Shown: one piece after another, positions 9,376 through 17,980 of the stretch
Layout of the letters: each line of letters starts with the position of its first letter
How positions within the stretch are numbered: the first letter of the stretch is position 1
Source of the DNA: an uncultured Methanosarcinales archaeon
Lineage (GTDB): Archaea > Nanobdellota > Nanobdellia > Woesearchaeales > GW2011-AR9
Reading direction: 5' to 3'
Assembly: GCA_964464055.1 (NCBI GenBank)
Contig: CAYXEO010000006.1
Coordinates: 1,293 to 52,242, forward strand
DNA: 50,950 bases
Notes under the pieces: generated by a model
Databases searched by the model: none
Told to the model about the DNA's origin: nothing
What the model saw: the letters and a program-made list of their open reading frames with translations, nothing else
Position numbers and translations under genes: made by a program

Positions 9376-9921
9376 ATGGACAACTACATCTTAACCAAAT
9401 ACAATAAAGAACTTGAGCAACTGAGCGTTTCATTAGGTTGGGAACGGACTTTGTTTTTAGATAGGGATTTTGTCCATTTGCGATCTGTTAGTAAAAAGGA
9501 GTTATTGAAAGAAGTTCGTCTGGCACGAAAAAAGAAGTTAATTATTGTTTACCAACCTGTTTCGGAAGAAATGTTACGGTTCGCTTTGGAAAAGACAGAA
9601 GTTGGCATTGTGGTTGGTTCAGAAAAACTAAATTATAAAGATTCTGTCCATTTTGTACGAGGCGGTTTGGATCAGATAGTTTGTAAGATAGCTAAAGAGA
9701 AAGGTAAAAAGATAGGATTTGCATTCGGTGATATTTTAGAATCACGGGATCGAGCAAAGTTGTTAGGCCGGATGATGTTCAACATTAAACTGTGTAAGAA
9801 GTATGGTGTTGAGGTTGTGTTAAGTAGTTTTGTGAAAGACGGTAACGAGATGCGTTCTGTGGCAGATGTCCAGAGTTTGTTTCGTGTGTTAGGTGGCGTG
9901 TTTCGGAAGAAAGAATTATAA
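9376..9921 (+). CDS. rnp3: RNase P protein component 3 (Rpp30/Rnp3)
   Basis: 181 aa. GGLDQIVCKIAKEKGKKIGFAFGDIL...RAKLLGRMMFNIKLCKKYGVEVVLSSF...EMRSVADVQSLFRVLG aligns motif for motif with archaeal Rpp30. The comparison is to the recalled Pyrococcus sequence G-I-D-H-V-L-A-K-L...GF...RANLLRFMM...KYKV...LTSS...VR...DL-x-SL-x-V-I-G. Confidence 0.7.
   Translation: MDNYILTKYNKELEQLSVSLGWERTLFLDRDFVHLRSVSKKELLKEVRLARKKKLIIVYQPVSEEMLRFALEKTEVGIVVGSEKLNYKDSVHFVRGGLDQIVCKIAKEKGKKIGFAFGDILESRDRAKLLGRMMFNIKLCKKYGVEVVLSSFVKDGNEMRSVADVQSLFRVLGGVFRKKEL
9850..9892. repeat. Direct repeat copy A (functional 3' end of rnp3)
   Basis: ATGCGTTCTGTGGCAGATGTCCAGAGTTTGTTTCGTGTGTTAGG matches 10505-10547 at about 36 of 43 positions by hand alignment. 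Confidence 0.6.
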
Positions 9922-9946
9922 AGTTCTTTTTGTTTATTTATTATTG

Positions 9947-10335
9947 ATGGAAATTAAATCCGAAATAGTGACCGTACTGAAAAGATTAAATATTTTTGCT
10001 AGTGTGGAGTTTATAATTTTATATGGTTCGGTGAGTAAATGCACTTAAAAACCATCTTCTGATATAGATATTTGTATCTCTTTATCTTTAAATCAAAAAG
10101 AAAGGTTTAGACAAAGAATAAAAATTCTTAGTAAGTTATCTGATAAGTATGACATACAAATATTTGAAGATCTTCCAATTTATGTTCAAAAAGAAGTGTT
10201 AGGTGGAAAAATTTTATTTTGTCGTAACAAAAAAAAACCGTTCAAAGAGCGATCGAATTGATTCAACAATATGAAGATTTTAAACCAGTTTATGATTTTT
10301 ACATTTCTAAAAACAAAGAAGAGGTCATGTTATGA
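9947..10335 (+). pseudogene. Decayed minimal nucleotidyltransferase (MNT antitoxin-type) gene
   Basis: MEIKSEIVTVLKRLNIFASVEFIILYGSVSKCT then TAA at 10046-10048 then KPSSDIDICISL, which is the LYGS...SDIDI NTase motif cut by a nonsense codon. The frame is also lost in the A9 run at 10229-10237. An A10 tract would restore ...TVQRAIELIQQYEDFKPVYDFYISKNKEEVML, ending at TGA 10333-10335. Confidence 0.6.
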
Positions 10336-10502
10336 GTAAAACAAGAATTAAACAGAAAATCAAAGAAATGAAAGGGTTCAGAAATATTTTGGCACATAAA
10401 TATGGGAAAATAAATGATAAAATTGTTTATTTATTCTTAACAGAAAATTTATCAGATTTTGATAAGGTAATTGTACAAATTGAAAAACAGTTACGGAAAT
10501 GA
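10332..10502 (+). pseudogene. N-terminally truncated HEPN (DUF86-type) toxin remnant
   Basis: 56 codons, MSKTRIKQKIKEMKGFRNILAHKYGKINDKIVYLF..., containing the R-x4-H HEPN motif (RNILAH). ATG 10332 overlaps the MNT stop as ATGA. The remnant is about half the usual DUF86 length. Confidence 0.5.
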
Positions 10503-10504
10503 AA

Positions 10505-10547
10505 ATGCGTTCCGTAACAGATGTTAAGGGTTTGTTTCGTGTGTTGG
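10505..10547. repeat. Direct repeat copy B (orphan copy of the rnp3 3' end)
   Basis: ATGCGTTCCGTAACAGATGTTAAGGGTTTGTTTCGTGTGTTGG would read MRSVTDVKGLFRVL, compared with MRSVADVQSLFRVL in rnp3. It lies right after the HEPN remnant. Confidence 0.6.
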
Positions 10548-10593
10548 ATTAGCATTAGGAAGTTATGGCGTTAGTGGTTGTGGTGATGATTGT

Positions 10594-10854
10594 ATGGATA
10601 AATGTTATTCTTATATTGATGGTACTTGTAAAGGTAGTTGTTTAATGCCTGAAGACGCACATAACTTGCATGAATGTATGTCCGAAATGGATTCTTGTTA
10701 TGATGAATTTGGTTCTTGTCAGTGCGTGATAACAAGACATTGTTATGGAGATGGAGAAGATTATGCTTGTCCTAGTGAAACTGAGTGTGTTGAGATATAT
10801 AATTCGTACCAATACTTGATAAATTTTTTGGTTTGTCCAAAAAGTATGAATTAA
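10594..10854 (+). CDS. Small cysteine-rich protein, unknown function
   Basis: 86-aa ORF with 11 Cys (CYSYIDGTCKGSC...CQCVITRHC...). It has no N-terminal hydrophobic leader and no recognisable family. Coding status is uncertain. Confidence 0.35.
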   Translation: MDKCYSYIDGTCKGSCLMPEDAHNLHECMSEMDSCYDEFGSCQCVITRHCYGDGEDYACPSETECVEIYNSYQYLINFLVCPKSMN

Positions 10855-10921
10855 ATTTAGATGAGTTTAATACATTCTTACAAAACAAAAATTTATATAC
10901 TTTTATTAATTAATTTAATTT

Positions 10922-12376
10922 ATGAAGATAGATGTTGGTAAATTATTCGAACGATTAAAAGTGTTAGATCCGGAATGGTTTTTTTATGTTTTAACAGTTT
11001 TTTCTGTATTACCGATTTACTTATTATTCATGGGATTTAATTCAATTGTTTGGGTGGCATTTGTACTTTATTTTATTATTTTAATGTATTATCATAATTA
11101 TTTAAGAAAATGTTTCAAATATAGTCTCTTATATGGGTTATTTATTTCGTGGTTTGGTTTTCAGTGGGCATTAGGGCATAAAATGAGTACTTTTTTAATC
11201 ATTTGTGCAGTGATAATTTCATTTTTTTTAATTTTGACAACAGTTTTTAATTTAATTTTTAGATTACTTTTTTATTTAAGAGGATTGAAGAAGTTAGGAT
11301 TCAAAAAATATGTCTTGGAATTTTTGATGGTGGTATTAATACCTTCAATCTGGTTCGTTTTGGTAAGGTTCATCGCTTGGAAAAATATTGATGGGGATTT
11401 TTTATTTAAATATGGTCTTTTTGTTAATAATACGGGGTGGGTTTCACAAATATTTGGTTTAGAAGGCATTTCTATTTTGGTGATTTTATTTGGGTCGTTA
11501 TTGGCATTACATTTACTAAATTCGGTGTATCACAAAAAATATTTTGAGTGGTTTGGTTTAAAAAAAATGTTCAAGTTAAGTAAACATTTTAACAAAATTG
11601 TTTTGGTAACAATGGTATTAATTTTCATTTTAGTAAATTCCAATAGCGTGGTTCAACTTTTTGACAATCATGAAGGTAAAACAGAAATTAAAGTTGGTTT
11701 AATTCAACCAAACTTTAATCAAAGTTTTAGTTGGCGTAAAGGTCATACGGAATCGGAATTGTTACCAAAAAATTTTGAACTAACAAAAAAAGCAGTTAAA
11801 GATGGAGCCCAAATAGTTGTCTGGCCAGAATCTTCGGTACCTTTTGATATTTTAAATCATCGAAAAGATTTTTTGAAAAAAATAAGATATTTTGCAAAAG
11901 AAAATAGTATCAATTTAGCAATTGGGTCAATGACCGATGTTGAAGAAACATCCCATACAATAGTTTATGTTAATTCTGAAGGAGAGGTAGTAGGGAATTA
12001 TGTTTCTAGTTGGCTTTCATTTTTTTCTACTAAAATTGTTCCCGGGCACAAAATTGAATTGTTCAATCTTGAAATGGGTGGGAAAAATGTTTCTGTTGGT
12101 TCCATCCTTTGTTATGAAGAATTTTATAACAAAATATCTTCTCAGATGCGTTCTTCCGGTGCAGAATTATTAGTGGTAACTTCTAACAATCAACATGTTC
12201 CGAAAGGGTTAGATTTAGCAGGTTTTTTTTCTGTTCACCGAGCGGCAGAAACAAATTTACCATTAATACGGTCCACCAATACTGGCGTTTCACAAATAAT
12301 TAGTTCCAAAGGTAAAGTTCTTGGTCAGTTACCACAAAATAATGAAGGATATTTAGTACGGAAAGTCTGGATTTAG
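10922..12376 (+). CDS. Apolipoprotein N-acyltransferase (Lnt)-like membrane-anchored carbon-nitrogen hydrolase
   Basis: 484 aa. The N-terminal ~240 aa has about seven hydrophobic segments. The C-terminal CN-hydrolase motifs are KVGLIQPNFNQSFSWRK, IVVWPESSVPF (Glu), STKIVPG (candidate Lys, 68 residues after Glu as in E. coli Lnt E267/K335) and SILCYEEFY (Cys). Confidence 0.6.
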   Translation: MKIDVGKLFERLKVLDPEWFFYVLTVFSVLPIYLLFMGFNSIVWVAFVLYFIILMYYHNYLRKCFKYSLLYGLFISWFGFQWALGHKMSTFLIICAVIISFFLILTTVFNLIFRLLFYLRGLKKLGFKKYVLEFLMVVLIPSIWFVLVRFIAWKNIDGDFLFKYGLFVNNTGWVSQIFGLEGISILVILFGSLLALHLLNSVYHKKYFEWFGLKKMFKLSKHFNKIVLVTMVLIFILVNSNSVVQLFDNHEGKTEIKVGLIQPNFNQSFSWRKGHTESELLPKNFELTKKAVKDGAQIVVWPESSVPFDILNHRKDFLKKIRYFAKENSINLAIGSMTDVEETSHTIVYVNSEGEVVGNYVSSWLSFFSTKIVPGHKIELFNLEMGGKNVSVGSILCYEEFYNKISSQMRSSGAELLVVTSNNQHVPKGLDLAGFFSVHRAAETNLPLIRSTNTGVSQIISSKGKVLGQLPQNNEGYLVRKVWI

Positions 12377-12423
12377 ATTTCGTTTAATTTTTTTTGTTAA
12401 TATTATTCTCCTTAAATAATAAC

Positions 12424-12432
12424 TTTTATAAA
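12424..12432 (+). promoter_or_regulatory. Candidate TATA box at the head of the surface island
   Basis: TTTTATAAA sits about 33 nt upstream of ATG 12461. It is preceded by a T-run after the lnt-like stop. Confidence 0.35.
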
Positions 12433-12460
12433 GAAAAAAGATTTATTATAATTTATTAGT

Positions 12461-14626
12461 ATGATAAAAAAAAAAGGGGCGTTATATTTGGTTTTGTTTT
12501 TATTAGTTGTTTCTTCAGTAATATCTTTAGAAGAGTTGAACCTTAACACAAACAAATTCAGTTTATTGAATTTCGGTAAGGCGGATTTAGAATCAGACGA
12601 TAGTGCTATAACATTAGAGGACTTAACAGGGGAATCTGATGAAACCCTAGACGTTTATGGCACAGATTTTAATAGTGGTTGTTGGGGTAAGGTAGAAGAA
12701 GATGATGGTTCCTCTGACGGCGACACACATGAAGAAAAGATTCTAACAGGGTATCAATTGTACCCATATGGGAAAAAATTAAAGGACTATATGGTTAATT
12801 CTGATGATGGCACTAGTGGTGCACAGGAAGTGATTGAGAGTACAAAGGTATCAACCGAAGATGGTAACGCCTACATTTGTGCATCTGATAATTGGTGGTA
12901 TATTTGTTCTCTTGAGGAAGGGGCCAATGGTCAGGGTTCAATGATTTGGATAATAAATCCCAGTTTTGTAGAGGGAGACCTATCTACCGTAAATACCGAA
13001 GGAGAAGTACTTTTTGTTTGTGCAAAAGATGATGAAGAAAGACCAGAATGGCAACCAATAGACATTGATGCGGACGGTGACGGGTACACTAAAGGAGAAG
13101 GAGATTGCGCTAACAATCCTTTTAATAAAGATTTACAAACCGTGGATTGTCCACCACATGGTCATCCAGAATTATGTAGTTTTCCAAGAGATTCTCGATG
13201 CGCGATATGTATTGGACCAGGTGCACCAGAAACATGTGGTGACGGAATTAATAATGATTGTGATAATTCAGCATCTGAATTTTATGAGAATGATTTAGAC
13301 GATGATACAAACGATGATTGCCACAAATTCCAAGCAGGTTGTGAACAGAGAAGTTTTGAAGAATTGGGCGAAGAAGATGAATCTTTAGAAGAAGATGATT
13401 TTTTAGAAGAAGAGTATACTCTGACCCATTTAAATTTTAATAATGAAAAATATGATTGGGTTGACATGGACAATGATGGATATTGTTGCGGTTATGGTGG
13501 TATAAATGATTTGGGCAAAATTGTTAAAGGGCAAAATGAAGGCTCTGAAAAAATCTGTTTGAATAAAAATGACCATTTGTTAGGTTTTGAAAATTTACCA
13601 GAATGGGGTACTAATGAGTTGGGGTGTGATGATTGGTGTTGGGTAGATGCAGCAACCGCAGATACCCCATTTAGAATAATGACTATTAAAAAACCCGGTG
13701 AGCAACCTTATGATGTTGTTTCTGATAGTGTTTCTTGGCGTGCTTGTAATGGGACAGAAGGGCCGATGCATGATGAAAATAATTCAGTTCATATTGATGT
13801 TGAAGAAAAAATGGTCAACCACTTTTATTGTTATCAAGAAGGCCAACATTGGAGTTGGGCAGAATGTTATGGTGGTGGAGATTATTCATATAATCCAAAC
13901 TTAAAAGGGCGTTTAGCAGGAGATAGTTTGTATTCTATTTATTTGGATGGTGCATTAAATTCAGAAGATGGTTCGATAACTGTGACAGATACAAAAATAA
14001 CATCTGAAAGTGGAAAATATATGGATTTTTATACTCTTAAAGATTTGGACAAAAAACCAAGTTATGATTTTAGTGGGTATGATACTTTAGATTTTTTTGT
14101 CCAGTTTGTTGATGATAGTGGAGAAAAATTAAACCCGACAGATATCAAAAAACCGTTCGATTTAATGTTGCAATTACATGGACCTTACAAAGAATTGTTG
14201 AGTGAAAATGTTTTGGTTGATCAAAGTGTATTAGGTTATGCAGTAAATCCAAATATGTTTTTAGAAGGTGCTTGGACACATATTAAGTTCCCGATACCTG
14301 ACAATTTATATGCGGTTTCATTTTTAAAATTTAATGTTGGCGAATTAACTAAAAATGAAGTTAAATTAAAAAACATGTATTTGAGTAAAAGTAGTATTCC
14401 AAACCCACCAATCTGTTCTGGGGTTGATGACATTTCACGTAGTTCTTGGTTAGCTTCTTTTGATGACGGAGATGCACAAGGGTACGTTAACGCTCAAGAG
14501 ATGTGTGTTGCACATTATGGATTAAATGCGTGGATGGGTAGTGATGACCAATATGTTACCGGTGAAAACAATTGTTGTGGTGACGATGAAGGGGAATATT
14601 ATTTAGGAAGATTTGTAGATAATTAA
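12461..14626 (+). CDS. Large secreted acidic Cys-rich protein (721 aa), unknown family
   Basis: The leader MIKKKGALYLVLFLLVVSSVISL could be a Sec or a class III-like signal. DIDADGDGYTKGEGDC...GPGAPETCGDGINNDCDN (about nt 13061-13268) resembles the MopE-type putative metal-binding repeat. Vicinal Cys motifs are GYCCGYGG and NCCGDDEGEYY. Confidence 0.85.
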   Translation: MIKKKGALYLVLFLLVVSSVISLEELNLNTNKFSLLNFGKADLESDDSAITLEDLTGESDETLDVYGTDFNSGCWGKVEEDDGSSDGDTHEEKILTGYQLYPYGKKLKDYMVNSDDGTSGAQEVIESTKVSTEDGNAYICASDNWWYICSLEEGANGQGSMIWIINPSFVEGDLSTVNTEGEVLFVCAKDDEERPEWQPIDIDADGDGYTKGEGDCANNPFNKDLQTVDCPPHGHPELCSFPRDSRCAICIGPGAPETCGDGINNDCDNSASEFYENDLDDDTNDDCHKFQAGCEQRSFEELGEEDESLEEDDFLEEEYTLTHLNFNNEKYDWVDMDNDGYCCGYGGINDLGKIVKGQNEGSEKICLNKNDHLLGFENLPEWGTNELGCDDWCWVDAATADTPFRIMTIKKPGEQPYDVVSDSVSWRACNGTEGPMHDENNSVHIDVEEKMVNHFYCYQEGQHWSWAECYGGGDYSYNPNLKGRLAGDSLYSIYLDGALNSEDGSITVTDTKITSESGKYMDFYTLKDLDKKPSYDFSGYDTLDFFVQFVDDSGEKLNPTDIKKPFDLMLQLHGPYKELLSENVLVDQSVLGYAVNPNMFLEGAWTHIKFPIPDNLYAVSFLKFNVGELTKNEVKLKNMYLSKSSIPNPPICSGVDDISRSSWLASFDDGDAQGYVNAQEMCVAHYGLNAWMGSDDQYVTGENNCCGDDEGEYYLGRFVDN

Positions 14627-14630
14627 TAAG

Positions 14631-17600
14631 ATGAACAAAAAAAAGAGTGTGCTGGTACTATTGATGTTGATTTTGTTAGTTTTTAGTTTGTTTGTAATCG
14701 CAGAAGAAGAAGGCGATGATATGAGTAATGATGAAACACCTGAACCCACAAGTGATGAACCAGAAGACACAGAAGACCCTTCTCCTGTTGACGATTTCGA
14801 GGACACAGATAGTTCAGACGAGTTAAGCGGATGGGACGAAACCCCTACTGAAGAAGAATATGAAGGTGAAACACTTTATGGTTGTTGGAATTCTCAACCT
14901 GTGGCAAACGATAATACCATTATGAATGTTGAATTCGAAGTAAGATATCAAGAGAAAGGTATAACTGTCAATAATAAAAATATTGATGTTGGCGCTAAAT
15001 TAAATCAGAAAACAATTAGCGTCGGTAGGGTAAGTTATTCAATTTTTGATTTTGTTTGTAATTCTACTTCTGAAGTTATTAATGGCGGTTTTTGTAATTC
15101 TCTGAATAAAAATTGTACAAATACAGTTAAGAAGACGGGGAACACTACATGTTCTAATCCATTGGGTTGTAATCATACGAACAAAGAATTTTGTGATACC
15201 CAAGAGGAGAAATGTTATACTATAAATGACGAGAATAGCATTTGTATTGGAACTACATCGTTAGAAATTACCGAGTTTGCCACCGTTAATTTGATTGATA
15301 TTACCGAGGGGTATATTAATGTTAAAACGGGCGAGTTTAAAGGGCATTATTTATTAAATAGTTCGGAAGAACCTGAAAAGAACTTTTCTGGTACGTTAAA
15401 TATATCTCAACCTTTAGTAGTTATAGGGAATGTTACACTTCATAGAGATGATTTTGTAAACCCTTTAACAGAGAAACCAGAATTACAAGGAGAGATTACA
15501 TTAGAAAAAAAAAGTGGAAATACTGCTTATGATGTTTTTTTCTATGACCCCATCACAGGAAAAGCTTATGATGATGATGTTTCAACTATTTCAAAAAGAG
15601 AAGTGAATTTATTAATCATGGCCAAGTTGAACGCTTATGCAATTGAAACAACAAAAACAAGTGAAAAAAATACCACTAACTTAACCTACCCTTGTGCAGA
15701 AGAAGAGTGCCTTTATCCGTTACCTGGGCAACCACCTTACGAAATAACAAATAATCACCCAAATTCTTACGAACTTTATTTTGTTTCTACTAATAACCCG
15801 GAAGATGATCAACTTATCACTGGCACATTCGAAACAGATGAATATGGGAACATCAGAGCTAGAAAAGTGTCACAACAAATACTTTATCTTAATCAAGATG
15901 TTGATACGAGAGGTTTTTATGGATGTAATGCACCTTCTTTTTTAAATGAAACCACTAGTGACGAGGGATACTGTTCTATTCAAGGAACACATTTCTGTTC
16001 TTATTCAACTGTCCATGATGAAGTTGGAAATCGAGAACAATATACTACTGTCAATTCTTGGTCAGATATTGGAATTAGTCAAGTTGGTTATATGCCAATG
16101 CCAGAAGTTACAGAAGAAGATATTGACCTTTTTTATAATAATTATTTCTGGGAATTGAAATCAAGTACTTTCTCTGCAACAAAAAGAAACCATTCGTCAA
16201 GTGTTGTTCCCGCTAGGAACTTTTTATCTAATGCCGAATTTGAAACTAGTACATTAGGTTTATCCCATTGGGAAATAATAAAAGACGATTTAAGAGTTAA
16301 AGACGAGCATAGTTTTTTAGGTGGTGAAGGGAACTATTCCACTATCACTTTAGGTTCTGGCGAAATTTTACGTTCCGAACTAGTCGCTGTAGAAAATAAT
16401 CGCACTCTACACTTTACCCAGAACAAATCTGCTGATATAACTATTTTTTTAGTAGATAAAGACGGTACTTTTGTTAATACAATAACCGGTACTAATAATT
16501 TAACAATTAACACCAACACAGCGGTTTATCTTATTTTAGAATTCACTTTTGGTGATGTTGAATATCCGATGTTACAATTAGTTGATGATTTAGGAGGAGG
16601 TAGTTACAGTTATGATAACATTTATCAAAATCGGGCAGCTGCAGCATGTTGTCCTGAAAATTATTGTTGGAACGGACACCATTGTGTTGAACCGATGGAA
16701 GAAACAACTAATATGGTGGAACGTGTAGAGGAGGGAAGATATTATCGTTGCATTGCTGGTGAATGGACACCTTTACCTGTTCAATGGGATTGGAACGCTG
16801 GCAAATGGGGTTTTTGTAGCGAAGAAAGTCAATGTTTTGTATTACGTGATAAAAATAATGCCTTTGCAGAAAATACTTTTGAAACATTTTATGATGGCGA
16901 ATACCCAACTTGTGTCAATAATAGTGAATACATTTTTGATAATTATTGTGATGCGGGTAAATGGACTTCGCGGACAAAAGTTTTGGCCACAAAGTTGTTA
17001 GAAGTTGCTGGTAGTAAAGATCATATATTATATTGTACAAATTATCGTGACAATTTAGTGGAATTATCACAAGGACAAGATAATTATCTCGGTGGTGGAA
17101 TATCACAAACAAATAATGATGAACAAAGTTTAAGTGAAGCAACGAGTGGTCAAATTACTGATGAAATTATTCAAACTTGTTTTGCAGACATAACTGACCC
17201 TGAAGGGCAAAGGTTAGTAAATGATAAAGATAACTCTTGTATAAATAATATGTGTGTGTTAAGATATAAACAAGGTGGTAAATTCAAGACCGCTTTAGCG
17301 ACAACACTAAATAAACCGATTGATGATGTGAATTCGTTCTTATTATCATTAGGAGAAGGGTTATCTGCTGAAGATATCGCAGGAATTTGTAGTGGCGGAT
17401 CTAGTACTTCTTTTGTTAAATGTGATTTGGGTGGATTAGATATTGAAGGAGATTTATATTATATTAACGAAACACAAGGTATAATCTATTCTAAAGATGG
17501 GATTAGTACTGGCGGTAGTTGGACGGACAAAATAGGTCAGTGGTTTAGTGGATTATTTGGTGGTGCCAGTGAGTTATCTGATGAAACTAATTTTGTTAGT

Positions 17601-17909
17601 TCAGCACAGAATTTCCGAGAATTGTATATTTTAAACAAGGACAATAAAAAAGTAAGGGTAATGAGAGAAGTTTATCCGGGTGTTAAAGAGATGTTAATTG
17701 GCGAATTTGAAGGGTTTGAAACCAATGTCTGTGATTATGTCAATAAAATGACTTTACCAGAAGACATAGAATCTGAAGATTTAGAAAAACAATCTAACAT
17801 GAATAAATTAGCTTGTAATAATGAAACACAGAAAATTGAACTAGTTGGTGCACTCGATTTCTTCTGGCCGAAATTAACAGGGCAATTAAGGGTTGGCGAG
17901 TTAGATTAG
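14631..17909 (+). CDS. Giant secreted protein (1092 aa), unknown family
   Basis: Starts 4 nt after the previous stop. The leader MNKKKSVLVLLMLILLVFSLFVIA is followed by a D/E/T/P-rich acidic linker. It has many N-x-S/T sequons and the AAACCPENYCWNGHHC motif. Confidence 0.85.
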   Translation: MNKKKSVLVLLMLILLVFSLFVIAEEEGDDMSNDETPEPTSDEPEDTEDPSPVDDFEDTDSSDELSGWDETPTEEEYEGETLYGCWNSQPVANDNTIMNVEFEVRYQEKGITVNNKNIDVGAKLNQKTISVGRVSYSIFDFVCNSTSEVINGGFCNSLNKNCTNTVKKTGNTTCSNPLGCNHTNKEFCDTQEEKCYTINDENSICIGTTSLEITEFATVNLIDITEGYINVKTGEFKGHYLLNSSEEPEKNFSGTLNISQPLVVIGNVTLHRDDFVNPLTEKPELQGEITLEKKSGNTAYDVFFYDPITGKAYDDDVSTISKREVNLLIMAKLNAYAIETTKTSEKNTTNLTYPCAEEECLYPLPGQPPYEITNNHPNSYELYFVSTNNPEDDQLITGTFETDEYGNIRARKVSQQILYLNQDVDTRGFYGCNAPSFLNETTSDEGYCSIQGTHFCSYSTVHDEVGNREQYTTVNSWSDIGISQVGYMPMPEVTEEDIDLFYNNYFWELKSSTFSATKRNHSSSVVPARNFLSNAEFETSTLGLSHWEIIKDDLRVKDEHSFLGGEGNYSTITLGSGEILRSELVAVENNRTLHFTQNKSADITIFLVDKDGTFVNTITGTNNLTINTNTAVYLILEFTFGDVEYPMLQLVDDLGGGSYSYDNIYQNRAAAACCPENYCWNGHHCVEPMEETTNMVERVEEGRYYRCIAGEWTPLPVQWDWNAGKWGFCSEESQCFVLRDKNNAFAENTFETFYDGEYPTCVNNSEYIFDNYCDAGKWTSRTKVLATKLLEVAGSKDHILYCTNYRDNLVELSQGQDNYLGGGISQTNNDEQSLSEATSGQITDEIIQTCFADITDPEGQRLVNDKDNSCINNMCVLRYKQGGKFKTALATTLNKPIDDVNSFLLSLGEGLSAEDIAGICSGGSSTSFVKCDLGGLDIEGDLYYINETQGIIYSKDGISTGGSWTDKIGQWFSGLFGGASELSDETNFVSSAQNFRELYILNKDNKKVRVMREVYPGVKEMLIGEFEGFETNVCDYVNKMTLPEDIESEDLEKQSNMNKLACNNETQKIELVGALDFFWPKLTGQLRVGELD

Positions 17910-17942
17910 TTGGCCTTTTTTTCAATTAAGAAAAGTGATTAC

Positions 17943-17951
17943 TTTTATATA
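17943..17951 (+). promoter_or_regulatory. Candidate internal TATA box
   Basis: TTTTATATA sits about 34 nt upstream of ATG 17981. A T7 run at about 17914-17922 after the preceding stop could terminate the upstream unit. Confidence 0.3.
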
Positions 17952-17980
17952 CTTCTTTTATTTTATTATTCTTATTAACC

